Below, piece after piece: positions 14,094-26,665 of a DNA stretch of 64,000 nt. A program made the position numbers and the translations under genes. The notes beneath the pieces were generated by a model. It was not told the origin of the DNA and did not search any database. It saw only the letters and a program-made list of their open reading frames with translations. Positions within the stretch are counted from its first letter, which is position 1; each line of letters begins with the position of its first letter. The DNA lies in assembly GCF_006345805.1 (NCBI RefSeq), contig NW_021833076.1, positions 84,758 through 148,757 on the forward strand, given 5' to 3'. The stretch is from Octopus sinensis (lineage: Eukaryota).

Positions 14094-14135
14094 TAAGGTT
14101 AGGATTAGGGTTGGGACTAGAATTAGAGTAGAATT
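14094..14135 (+). repeat. Degenerate telomere-like (TTAGGG-related) tract
   Basis: taaggttaggattagggttgggactagaattagagtag. Confidence 0.4.
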
Positions 14136-14169
14136 AAAATGGCGATTAAGAGTAGGGAAGAGCATGTTT

Positions 14170-15380
14170 TACTTAGATAAAGACTAATTATTTATCAATT
14201 GAACTAATTAATGCGTCCTCTTACTCCATTCTCCTCCTCTTTGAGCCAATCTCTTCGATGGGCACACTCATCCATCTCACAGGGTTGGCCTCTTCTGTGG
14301 TCGTTCTCAAGTTCTACTCAATGACCTCACTTGGCAGAGCCTCTTCCGTTGTTCCATTTGTAAAACGAGTCGTTTGGCATTCTTCTGGCGGGATCATTCC
14401 AAATTTGTGTTCTACACGCATACTCTCCAATGTTTTTCTGATAACCACCGACTGAATGTAAGCTCGTGTAAGTTCTTCCAAACCAATAGTATCGCAGTGA
14501 TGTTTATAGTATTTACTCACAACACCATCCCACGTTAGTACCAATGGTACTATGGTTACCTTGGCTTTGTGGATTAATCCCAGTTCACTGGCAAGCAGGT
14601 CGTACTTGTGGAGCTTTTCCACTTCGACTTGCTTCAATTTTTTTTGAGAGGTGATTCCAATCTCTATAAGCGTGATTGTGTTCCTCATTTTGTCAAGTAC
14701 AAAGATATCCGGCTTGTTATTCTCAACCTTCGTATCCGTATTAATTGTCGTGTCAACACGAATCTCCACAGAGTTATTCGCAACCACTGATTGAACAGAG
14801 TGGGTTTTCAATTTCTTAGATTTCTTGATTCCATACTCCCTGCATAGATGTAGATGTACACATTTCACTACTTCGTTGTGTCGTCGTAAGTAGTCACTAT
14901 TCAGCATTCGACCACACCTCGTTGCTAAGTGGTCAACAGTCTTTTTGGAAGAGTTACAGTGACTGCAAATTGCCCCAACATTGTCGAAAAATAGATTACG
15001 GTCCTGTATAAAGCACAGCAAAGCCTCAGATCTTGGTGAATTATTTCCATGTGATAACCAATGAGAGGATTCTGCAACATTGACATTGGAATCAAACAAT
15101 CAAAGAGAATTGCATGTAATGTTTTTTTTCATTATTTGCTCAATTAAGCTGTTCTTCTGCAATTCTCTCAGCATGTTCAAATCAAGGCTTCCAATATCTT
15201 GGATGTTGTATTTGCGCTTGAGGTATTCAGCAATTGTGGCCAAATGTGTTCTCTTTGAATTGATGACCATTTACGCATCAAAACAGGAAATGCCTGTTGC
15301 GTTTATTTGCCAAGATATTGCCAACGTGTTCTTTTTCCTCAAGTTAATAATAAAAATTGGGATTAAATCAAAAGGGGTGG
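14170..15380 (-). mobile_element. R4/Dong-like non-LTR retrotransposon, 3' portion (CCHC finger + restriction-like endonuclease)
   Basis: CSHCNSSKKTVDHLATRC...RRHNEVVKCVHLHLC, KPDIFVLDK...LIEIGIT; homologous to copies at 42.2, 50.7 and 61.9 kb. Confidence 0.85.
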
Positions 15381-15388
15381 TTTTAGAC

Positions 15389-16083
15389 CAGCGGTTCTCA
15401 AATGCGGCCCCCGGGGCCGCATGTGGCCCCCAGGATTTTTTTTGCGGCCCCTCTAGAGTAACTAACTTTTTAAATTTTTTAATAATGTTAAAATTTAATT
15501 ATTTATTCTTAAGGTTAAACATATCCATAATTGGTGATTTAATTAATCAATTTGAAGCACGTTTTGGGGTACATTTATATAAATTTAATTTTTAAAATTT
15601 TAAAGAATTCTTTCCTTTAATGAAAATATTTGCAACTCCATTCAGCGTGGAAGTTAGAAATGCGCCTGCAAAGTTTCAACTAGAACTCATTAATTTACAA
15701 CATGATATAGAACTGGCGGCATTGTTCAAAAATGCGTCCATTATTAATTTTTACGAATCAAACAATTCTACGTCAGCTTTTACGAACTTCTTCGACTTTA
15801 CTTATTCTGGATTTCAAAAACTTAATAAACAAATAATATTTTCTTTTTAGTTACAACGCCTTTTGTAGATTTTTTAGCTTTTATTTCTTTATAAAGGAAA
15901 TGGAAACTAAAAAAAAAAAAGAGTCCAAAAACTCATTACGCATCAGCAGTGGTTGCATTTCGGATTGCAAGCAAGTTACCGGCTTGGAAAATATAAAATT
16001 ATATAAAATATTTTTTGTGCGGCCCGCGAAGCTAATCTTAATTATCGATTTGGCCCTTGAGCTAAAAAGGTTGAGAACCCCTG
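15389..16083 (+). mobile_element. Non-autonomous hAT (Buster/SPIN-like), 695 bp
   Basis: TIRs CAGCGGTTCTCAA / TTGAGAACCCCTG, perfect 8-bp TSD TTTTAGAC (15381-15388, 16084-16091), internal transposase remnant FATPFSVEVRNAPAKFQLELINLQ. Confidence 0.92.
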
Positions 16084-16389
16084 TTTTAGACTATAACTAG
16101 ACAATGCAGTTATTTTGAACTGCCGGCGCATAAGATGGCCTGGCAGTTCCCTCGGACGATCGCCAACGAGAAAGATGACGAGTCTCTTTGGAAAAGATGA
16201 CGAGTCTCGTTGGGAATGTGCCATCAAAGTCTAAGCCCCGTTTCGTATAACGATGATATTACTAGAATAGCACGCCATTAAGCAACACTGAACACGCTCA
16301 ACTTGAACACAAAGCATCTTGGCAAATCAGAGGAACTTAATGAATATTGGGATAACTCTCTCAATGCGACGGGGACTTTACCCGAGATA

Positions 16390-19300
16390 GTTTAAGCAAT
16401 GAGCTTAGCAGTAACCTCGTATCAACACTTTGATAATAAAAATCATTTTAGTGATTTTCTGGATTCTCAAATTCCTGTAAAATCATTCAAAATCTGGCTG
16501 TCCACTATTCTTCATTTATGTAGCAAACATTCAAAGCATACTATTTATCCAATGATGAAGATCATATTGAAGATCATAAAATTTGTGCTTCAGACTATCA
16601 GTGTCATTTCTCGTGTCAAAAACGAGTATTGTATTTTTATATTCAATTGGAGATCGAGGTTTAAATTTGAGCTTTTGGTTGAAACCTGTTTTGATTTATT
16701 TTTAATTTAAATTACGGCAAGTGAAATATCTGAAAATGACATTCAAAAAACGCGCCCTGAGGCTTTTATAGAACTTTTGAACCAACAGGGTTGTGGAGAT
16801 TGTCTCTTCAGTTGTGCAGTCAACGTTTTGTGTCGACGTGCAACTCTTTCTACTATAATTACTAGAAAACTCTTTGAATGGTGTTTCCAGCACGAAAATG
16901 GTTTTACTAACTACGATTTTTGACAAATGTTTTTATTGACAGATTTCGGGTGTTTACCAATCATTGTTGAAAATTATTTCCAATCTTGACCATTTGGTTG
17001 AGGCTCACATTTATTTCATCTCGAATGTGCTGGAATTGTGCGATGACGTCAGTTTTTTACTAATGAGGTTATTCTACATCTGTCAAAAAATAAACCATTG
17101 GTCGTTCTCAGGGTTATTATTAGTGAAGTATTTTTAAATAAATGTATTTTTGTACCTAATAGGGTTAGTTTTGGTATATGACACTAACTACCTCATATTT
17201 ATATGAACCGCTCTCACTTGGCTATGTGTGGCATCTAGCAGGCGAAGCCTCTCGATTAATGTTGAAAAAATGTATTCTATTTTTTTCCAAGATGATTTGC
17301 TTCTTCTCTGGACATCACTAAAACACTAAGATTGCAGGGTTTAGCTGTTTTGTCATATTTATGTGTATTTCCCTGTCTTTTCCGTACTCTGTGAACATTT
17401 TGTGTGTAGTGAATACTCCATTCATGCCATGCAATTTATCCAACAGTATCTGTCACGAATATTTTGTATTGACAATAATGGCTCCTTAATTCAAGTCGTG
17501 CATACATTCGACAAAGTATATTACATGCTCAAGTTGCTACTTAATTTGGAACAAATTCTGTTTATTTTCAGCAGCAGCACGATTATATGGTTAGTTTGTC
17601 TTTGAGTGTGACTGCAGGACTTTATCACAAAATTCTCGAATTCTCCATTCACTAACCTGGCTCTCCCGACTCCATACTGGCGACGAGCTTTAATTCTTGA
17701 AATTATAAGAACAATAATTCTACGGATCGACAGGCTCGATTTCTATCCTATTCCTTAGGAGTGTATGACAACATTGTTTCGCTTGTTGGGTGACCAATAC
17801 CCGAATAACAGACACAATGTTCTTCGAATACTAAAGGCGTTCTCTTTAAAACAAGTATTGTCATTTGGACTTTGAAGGAAATCTCTGATGTGACTGAGAT
17901 GATGAAGTTTTTTATCTAATCAAACAATTAAGTATCAATGTGCTCTCTTCTCAACTTGATATTTTGTCTCTTGATTTTGAGGGGAAGTGCATCGAACACC
18001 GCTGTATTCATCACTCATTTTGATGGCCGACATCTTTGCCAAAATTTGGTCAACTTTGGTGAAATATAAATTCCTGCAATGAGAAGACAAAGGTTAAGTT
18101 AATAAGAACTATTCTCACTCTGTTCCACAGTCAGGAGAATAGCACTACCCTACGTAATGGCCTTCAAGGAAAACCAATTTGGTATAGTAAATGTTTAATC
18201 GGCAGAGTCCGCTGCTATTTCTTCATCATGGAGGTTTATCAAAGAATTAGTCAGAATATACTCTCAAATATTCAAGAGTGGTGTTTTTTCCAAGTTAGAC
18301 TCATAGCATGCATAGTTTAATTCATCTGAATGTAGATACGAAATATTCTTTGCCTTTATCTGTACGAAATGATTAAATGTCCTTACCGTGGCCTTTTCGA
18401 ATTTACATCAACCCAATTTTACTGGATTTGTGTTTGCCTGTGGAAGATGCACTTTGACAATAGAAATCAGGGACAATTTATTCCTTGTGACACAATGTCG
18501 TGGCTTCCAAATCTTGTTCGACTGTTTAAAGCTGATGAAGAACCGTAGATGCTTCCAATTGTCAGAAACTGTGGTTGAATCTGCTTCGTCGTTAATTCTT
18601 ATAGAATGTGATTTTGGCGAAGATAGAAGAAGTTAAACATCGAAAAATTAGGTCTTCAGAGTGTATTTCTTTATTTGTTTCTATTTTGGAAGACTATTTC
18701 CTTTGCCATGAGAATGTGCAATTAAATGTAAATTGTGATTTTTATCGAAATTTAGTCTGTTTTGTGCATTTTGGAAACATAATCTGATTTGGTGTCCGAT
18801 CGGGGAATGGGAGAGTTAATTGAAATACATTTGGAAACACGTTGCTGCATTTCTTTTGAAGGACTGTGTAGTTCTTGATGGACGGTGTCGTTGACTATTT
18901 ATTTGTATAGATTCGGAATTTGTCGTCACTTTTGTTTGGATCAGTTTTTTTTCGTTTGCTTGGTAATAAACGGGTGAATGAAAATATCGTTTTTTACGTT
19001 TATATCTCGTTTTCATGTCTTAGGATTACTCATTCCGTGTTTTTCGAACTTTATTGCATGTTTACGGATTTTGTCATTTCCAAAATCGAAGATCTGTCAA
19101 CACGTTTTGACGATTTCAATCGAAATTCGTGTTTGTTTGCCATGATTTTGTTATTGAGTCATCTCGAACCTTCTTCTGAACAGCCAGCAGACAGTGTTTC
19201 ATCAAGAATAAATCATTTGTCACTTCTCGCTCAAAAGTTGTTCTTGCTGATGTTTTTTAGATTGTCTTTTTGTCCTGTGTACCGAATACAAATATTTGCC

Positions 19301-20320
19301 GCCGAATTATGTGTAAATGTGCTCAATGAACAAAATATAATTGCCAATTTGACCTCTCTTCTAACTCAGTTGTTGTTGCTCATGGAAAGCTGCTACAAGT
19401 ATGAAGCTGATGTGTGTATTATTTAGTTACTACTTTTATTAAAAAAATAAAGACTGAAAATTAGCGACGAGTCTGTTTTTGAAATGAATAATATTTGTAA
19501 ACTTGTTGAGTATAAACTAAAGGAAACGTTGTTCCTGATTTGTTAAGCCATAGATTGTCTACTTCTGGGGAAAATATGTTCCGTTGGACTTGATTTCCGC
19601 GAGTGTTATTAATTCGATCCTTTTGTAATTGACTTTTTTGTTGATTCTATTCGCAACATTGATAAAGAAGTCATCAGTCACTTTCACAGGACTGTGTATT
19701 TATCTTTAACTTTGCGACGGACTATTAAGCTTGTCGTTAAATGCACTTTATTCGGAGTCTCTGTTGTCTTTGCTATGAAAGTGATGTCATTCTGTAAACT
19801 CGAACACATCGTTTTATTTCTCAATTACTCTTCTGTTAACTTGCCAAGCATAGTCTGCTTCCTAATATACGAAAATACAAAACAAGAAAAATTCGTGGAT
19901 CACATCAATCATCAGCTTGTCAGTAATTTTAGTGTAGTTTTCTGATTTAAGGCAATGCTTGATTTGAGTGCGGTTGGGCATAAACTTTCGGATCTTTCTG
20001 TGGATTTTATTCACGGGGTTTGTTGTGTTTTATTTTCTAGACTCTTAATTCGGTGGTCTTTATTTTGAAAAGCGCACCAAGGTTTGTTGTACGTAATGGA
20101 GTTTAATGACAGCCTGCGCGTCGCTCTTATAACACTTCTGCTTTTCTTGTTTCCTCGTCTTCTTGAGAATGATGTTCGATTTTAAATTGATAATTAAACT
20201 AGGAAATTCCATTTGACCTGAATGTGTTTTTGAGGACATATCTTTAGCAATGATCAAACGGGAATTCTACAAAACAAGGAAACCATCAGTGAAGCCGTTT
20301 ATAAATAAAAGTAGAAATTA
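16390..20320 (+). CDS. One or two unidentified long multi-exon host genes (helical/HEAT-like composition)
   Basis: Chain of Leu/Phe-rich plus-strand ORFs (16399, 17363, 18388, 18920, 19694) separated by short GT-AG segments; no motif recognised. Confidence 0.35.
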
Positions 20321-20356
20321 GGGTTTCTTAAAAACATAGAATAGTGTTTAGCTTCC

Positions 20357-20562
20357 GAGGACGGTAGGAGGCTGACAAATGGGAACTGGGCACATAAGAT
20401 ATTCCTTACCTCTCTTTAGATCCGGAAGGCTGTATTGAAGATTTGGAGACTAATGCTGATTGGCTCAGACAGTTCCTTCTTTCCTTCTTCTTTATTCGAT
20501 TAGTTAGCTGTGACTGTTTGTGCTGGGTTTGCTATGCAAGCTTGGGGGGTTAATAAAAATAA
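20357..20562 (+). mobile_element. 5'-truncated diverged copy of the SINE at 33.8 kb
   Basis: acggtaggaggctgacaaatgggaactgg...gattagttagctgtgactgtttgtgctggg...gcaagcttggggggttaataaaaataaaa aligns with 34035-34249. Confidence 0.8.
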
Positions 20563-20645
20563 AAAGCAGATTTGTGAGGCAATGGACTGTAGTTTAGGTA
20601 TTTGCTGGAATTGGCACATAAATATATTTTTCAACAACAATTATG

Positions 20646-21632
20646 TCAATAATCGCCAATACGGAGAGCCTCAGTCCTCATCCATTCAGTTTCAATAATC
20701 TGGTCGATTGTAGGGCGCATGAGTGGGTCGAATGATAGCATTTGGAGGACTGTGTCAATGCAACATTTTCCGTATATATCCTCAGTTTTAGGAGGAAACT
20801 CGTAGTTCATGAGCTTCATTTGTTTTATAATATTGTCCATTGCACTGACAGTTCCTACGGTTCCCACTGTAACAGCCATTTTTCCGCTGATCATAAAATA
20901 AAGAACAACACCGAGACTGAATATATCCGCACACTTTGGGTCATATTTATTTGCTGCGTTCATGATCTCTGGAGCACAGTACCCAGGGGTCCCACACACT
21001 GTACTACGCAGATGTTCGTCAGGGTCAGGACAATTCTCAGTCTTGCAGGAAAATCCAAAGTCTGTCAGTTTAATGCAGTTCTCACAAATAAGAATATTTT
21101 CCAACTTAATGTCTCGGTGGACAATATTATTTGTGTGCAAGTACTGGACAGTCCGAGCGAGCTGTGAGTTACAACGTCTCCCAAAACTTGATAGAAGTAG
21201 CGACTAGTTTGGGAAACGGAAAATCGCTGTCGTTTGCTGAAATAGTTATGCAAATCTCCCCCTTTGGCCAATTCCATAAAAATATACACTTTGTCATCCA
21301 AGTCAACAATATCTTTTATCTACAAGTTATTAAGACGTCGAACACATTTCAACGTCATATCAAACCTCGACTATTCCGGGATGAGAAACCGACTTGAGAA
21401 TTTCTAGTTCGTTGGAAATATAGTTGTTTATTTTGGACCCACTCATTGCCGTTTTGTCGTACACTTTACATGCATATTTTTCCTGGTTCTGCACTAACTC
21501 CGCCATCCGTACGATTCCCGTCGACCCTTTCGCGAGAAACCAGCACAATTTCCAACCACGCTCCATTAGTTTACCGTCGTCTTGGCCGTTCAATATTATC
21601 AAGTTCGGCCTCTTATGACGAGTAGTCATCAA
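20646..21632 (-). CDS. Testis-specific serine kinase-like (TSSK/CAMK group) protein kinase
   Basis: YACKVYDK, ELEILKSVSHPGIV, IFMELAKGGDL, HRDIKLENIL, TDFGFS, TVCGTPGYCAPE, ADIFSLGVVLY; 26-nt intron 21162-21187. Confidence 0.8.
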
Positions 21633-22172
21633 ATAGTAATACTTGGAATGTCTCCGTTTTGGTTTTTGGTTTTTTACGACTTGATCGCTTTTTGAACAGA
21701 CGCAAAAAAAACTTGCCCAAAATAGTCATTTTAACAGTCAATGTATTCTAATGAATAAAAATATTGACAAAATGCACAGGAAGCCCACTTTGTCCGCGTA
21801 TCACTGATATATACTTCGTCCATGACGCATTGTGGTCGCGAATATGCGTCACATTATCAAACTGAAATACTCGGAAATTACTCAAAAATTAGGTCTGTGG
21901 TCTCAAATTTTTATTGATTTTCAAAATAGGCAGGATAATTCAATGTGCCTGACTACCCTTGATTTTGTCTAACATTTAATGCAGTCACGTTGAATATTGT
22001 CCTCAAGACTACTTTAAAGAATCAGTCTTTTAGAAGTCATCCTGTCACCAGGAGGAACTGGACTGTGTCTTTTCTGAGGAATTCAGAGCACAGATGGAAT
22101 GCATGTGATGTGCAGTCAGTCCAAAAATGAAAAAAGCTAATAAATTATTTATTCAAAAGTATCCAAAAATAA

Positions 22173-22924
22173 TTACTTTTTTGCACAAACAACAGTAATA
22201 ACAATAATTATAACTGCGATGATGACTAATACGATGACGATTCTCAAATTCATTTGGATGCATTTGCTTCTATGTCTCTCTTTCCTTTCCATCACTGCAC
22301 CAAGATCCTTGAACGATTGAGCCTGTCATAAGTAGCAATTAATACCTTTTCTGTCAGATTCTGACAACGTTCGTCTAAGGAGTTCAGGTTTTCTCCCCGC
22401 TCGGAGAGTTTTTTTACCGAATCGAGGAGGACTTGTTGTACTTGCTGTACTTCTGACTTGATTTGGACAGTTTTGCAGGTCTGTGACTGAATTGTTGTCT
22501 CTTCACTCTGAAAGTTGACAAAAATCTCATAATACAATCAGTTGGCTGATGTAAGCTTCCAACTCTGATTCGACATTGGCTTCTTTGATTGTGAGGAGTA
22601 GTTCATAATATGTATGAGTCTGCGGTGAGTAAATATATTTTTATTGCATTTTTTAGGATTCTGAATATACCTTCCTGTGGTGATTCGCTTTTAGCCTGAC
22701 AGAATAAGCGCAGTTCAGATTTATTGTACACAGCGAAAATTTTCCTACCAAATTGAAGTTAGCGTTAAAATAAACTCTTTTGATTTGTAAATGGAACGAG
22801 CGTTGTTTTTGTCAACTTTGGTTAGAACTGTTAATATAGACTCGTCATCCACCAAATTCGATTTAAACTGGAACTTGTATATTATGGACTCATTTTGAGC
22901 TATGGCAATACACGCAATGTCCAT
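22173..22924 (-). CDS. Longin-type R-SNARE (VAMP7-like)
   Basis: SNARE motif IKSEVQQVQQVLLDSVKKLSERGENLNSLDERCQNLTEKAQSFKD, C-terminal TM IVIVLVIIAVIIIVITVVC, N-terminal MDIACIAIAQ longin-like strand; 23-nt intron 22323-22345. Confidence 0.75.
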
Positions 22925-23061
22925 TATTTGTTAGATATTGGAATTCGCTAATTTTTATTTAAACGTATTTCGCTTATCCTCTACCGCAACCACATTTTTA
23001 AATGAATTTCCTCTAATAATAAAACATTAATATTCGATACTTTTCGTTCATGTAGCCTTAA

Positions 23062-23135
23062 GATCGTCATGTGGTTCACCTTCTCGTGGAGACGATTGGA
23101 TGCTGATTTCACATCAGCAAACACAAACAGAACCA
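23062..23135 (+). ncRNA. HDV-like self-cleaving ribozyme fold at the element 5' end
   Basis: P1 GAUCGUC/GACGAUU (7 bp, G1-U wobble), core ACC-UUCUCGU-GG, P1.1 GG, P4 UGCUGAU/AUCAGCA, P2 UGGUUC/GAACCA; G1 is the first base after the TSD. J4/2 is atypically long and P3 has an A-A mismatch. Confidence 0.7.
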
Positions 23136-26100
23136 ATTTTTCCCCCTTGCCAACCAACCTGTCAACGGTTGGTTGGTTAGTAGTGGCTACGGGACGAGCG
23201 CCAAGCTTACGTTCCCTGACTCTATTGTTGATTCGGTGTGGAGATGTGGAACAAAACCCTGGACCTGAGCCTATTAGAACACTAACCATCCTTCAATTGA
23301 ACATCAACGGGATTTCCAAGAAATGCAATGACCTACGCTACTTTCTACACACGAACTCTATTGATATAGCTCTTATTCAAGAGACCAAACTTACTCCAAA
23401 ATCCCAAACCCCCCGTTTTAAGGGTTATTCCACCATTCGTCGTGACCGCCAGTCTGGAAAGCCTGGCGGTGGTGTCTCATCTCTCATTCACGAGGCCATT
23501 CCCTTTGCAGACTCAACTGCCAACATTGAATCTCTCTTAACTAATGATCGATTTACCGAAATTTCATCTATTCAAATTAACATTAACAAGATATGTTACT
23601 CTGTTGTTAACACATATATCCCCCCGATTTCGTCATGTGCTCCCAATTATACACCGAACTTACTGCCTCTTTTTTCAATTGAAAACTGTATTCTATGTGG
23701 CGACTTCAACGCCCACCATCCTCTCTGGTTATCCACAAACAAAACTGACAAACGTGGCCAGCAAATCACAACGGATGCGGAAGAATTGATCACTCTAAAC
23801 AACCCTCTTCTACACACCCGCTGTGCAATGCGACCTGGAGATTCAAACACTTCTCCTGACATTACCTTATGTTCCCCAAACATCGCCCTCGACGCCAAAT
23901 GGACAGTTCTGTACGACCTACCAACGGACCACAATCCTATTCTAATCAAATAAATAAACATCACCCTGTAAAGAAGAGAATTACGAAGACCTACATTAAC
24001 TACAAACGTGGGAAATGGGACTCGTTCAGGAGTGAAACTGAACGTATATTCAGTATTTTTTCTTGCTCCTCCATTCAATCATTTGACACTGCCGTTGCTT
24101 TCTTTACTAGTACACTTCTTTCTGCGGACAAAAAATTTATCCCCGCGGCTTCATCCGAAATCACGGCCTCCATTTCCCCCCACCTATCATTGAACTATTC
24201 AAAAAACGAAGGAGGATCAAATCGACGACTTCTATCAATGGAAATGGAGAATCTCTAGCAGAAATCAACAAACAAATTGACGAATTAATCAAGAAACATA
24301 AAACTGACGAATGGAATGATTTTATCACTTCAATAACCCCAAATACTGGATCCCGTGCTTTCTGGAGAACCCTCAAGAAAATTCACACGAGGCAAACATG
24401 TCCCCTCTCACATGCCACCGGTACCTCGACCAAAAAATCTGTCCTATCTTTCCAGGATCAAGCCAACATCTTAATTCGCCATTATGCAAAAATCAGTCAC
24501 CTTCCTACCCCAAAGGATCTCCGTTTCGTAAGAAAATCACATTATAAGTCAAATGACAATTCTACTGACTATATTAACATCCCAGAATCATTTACCAGGC
24601 AACTTGTTGTTAACTCGCGGAATTCTAACGCCAGAGGTCCTGATGGCCTTGCCATCCACACCTAAAAAATCTGGGTCCTAATGGCTTTCTGGCTCTGACC
24701 AATTTAATCGAATACTCGATCAACCATGGTCTGGTTCCTATGCTTTGGAAGAAATCTACCATCATCCCTATCCCAAAGCCAAATCGTGATACTGACCCTC
24801 CTCTTTTCGACCTATCTCTTTGATCTCAGTGGTTTCAAAAATAACAGAGCGAGTTGTATTGAGCATCATAAAACCTTTCCTCCCATTTGCTGAATCTCAA
24901 CATGGCTTTCGTTCTTTGCATTCCACTTCCACCCATCTTTCAAAACTGACACAATTCATTGCGGATGGGTTTAACAATCATAAGCCACCTCAAAGAACAA
25001 TTATTGCATCCATCGACATTGAAAAGGCATTTGACAGAACGTCAAGACACGTTCTGTGTAGGAAAATAACCGATACGGAATTCCCCCACCAAATAAAGTC
25101 ATGGCTACTCTCTTTTCTCTCTGGGCGTCTTGGTCGCACCACAATCATGTCTTCTTACTCACGCTACAAATACTTGCCTAACGGAGTTCCCCAAGGCTCG
25201 GTCCTTTCACCTGCCTTATTTAACTTACATCTGTCAAATATCCCGACGAACAATAATACTCTACTTCTCTCCTACGCTGATGACTTAATTTTTGCCTCCC
25301 GCCACCAAAACATAATCACCGCTTCTGGATTTCTGCAGGAACACATGAACACTCTTTCGTCCTGGCTGAAATGCAATCTTCTTCAACCTTCTCCTTCCAA
25401 ATCATCTGTTACGCTATTCACAACTGACCGCCGTCAGTTCAACTTAGAGCCTAAACTATTCCTAGACAACACTCCACTCCCAGTTGAAAAATCCCCCAAA
25501 ATCTTGGGTCTGATATTTGATTGCTGTTTGTCCTTCTCGAAACATGTTTCATATATCTGTGGAAAATCCCAGAAAAAACTCAATGTGCTCCGAGCTATTG
25601 CGGGGACTTCATTTGGGCAGGATAAGGAAAGTCTAACAACTGTATACAAGCAGTTTATTAGAACAACTATGAACTACGCCATCCCTGCTTGGGGTTCCTG
25701 CTTATCTAATACAAACCTTGAAAAACTTCAGAGAACTCAAAACTCAGCATTACGAATTATTACCGGCTGTCTAAAAACGACACCTACCGACCACCTACAT
25801 TGGGAATCGAAAATCCTTCCAATCAGTGACCATTTTGAAATGCTCGGGCTGCAATTTCTTGACAAATGCCGAACCCTAAATCACCCTGGCTACTTCCTCT
25901 GGCACTCCACTAACAACAGGAGAATAGTTCCGACCCTCGCGGACAAAGTCCGCAAGCTTATACGATCCCCTCCGGACATTAACCAGAAGGGGATTCACGA
26001 CCTGGTGGCTACGAGGACAATCAGATGTCTTGGAATAAACAAGCTTCTGGGACGCCTTCCGCCGCCAATTAATAAGATCGAATCCTCCCTCTCAAGAGAA

Positions 26101-26356
26101 GCCCGAGTGAACTTGGCTCGTCTCCGCTGTGGCCACCATACTGGCCTACACGATTATCGCATAAAAATCGGTCTTGGTGAAATAACCCCTTCCTATTCCC
26201 TCAACGACCTTTTCTCCTGTCCAGGCCCGCCTTCTACTTCCTCGGAACACCGGATCACGATCGGGGATCTTTGGGAGCGTCCGACATTGGCCCTAACGTT
26301 CTTGTTAGCCACCGGCTTCCTTCAATTGAAGGGGCCGGGGGTAAATAAATAAATAA
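23062..26356 (+). mobile_element. Full-length Vingi/Ingi-clade non-LTR retrotransposon (2A + APE + RT, single ORF about 23069-26352 with a few 1-bp indels)
   Basis: 12-bp TSD ATGTAGCCTTAA (23050-23061, 26357-26368), (TAAA)n tail, APE motifs QLNING / IQETKL / GDFNAH / PDIT / DHNPI, RT GVPQGSVLSP and YADD, C-terminal RLRCGH...LWERP..FL, no RNase H, 3.3 kb. Confidence 0.9.
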
Positions 26357-26665
26357 ATGTAGCCTTAAATTCAAAGCGCGATTTTGTCAGCATTTGTCAT
26401 TGCTGAGGAATGCAGGATTGTGAGATGATTGATTTGAATTAACTTTGTTTTAAAACAAGACAAAACCATCGATTATTAGCCAATCAGTTAACAGGTTCCA
26501 ATTAAATCAGTCCGTAGAAAGCTGAGAATAAGGCCTATAAATAAGACCGTGGTTGCTTAAATTACAAATACATTAAATCCGGATCTGAAAATAAAAGTGA
26601 AATTTAGGATTGACAAGTCACTTAAACAAAACATAATATTTTAGTGAAATTGGTTAATTACGAGT

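Noticed and set aside
16170-16215. Tandem aaagatgacgagtctc duplication as a CRISPR-like array; also caacattagcaaattataat twice at 61.4 kb
   Set aside because: Only two units each, eukaryotic context, no spacers; simple local duplications.
17230-17262. Helitron 3' end (AGGC-GAA-GCCT hairpin next to CTAG)
   Set aside because: Only a 4-bp stem, wrong flanking base, no 5' TC end or second copy.
21770-22170. Possible small gene between TSSK and VAMP7-like
   Set aside because: Could not build a consistent spliced ORF or recognise a motif.
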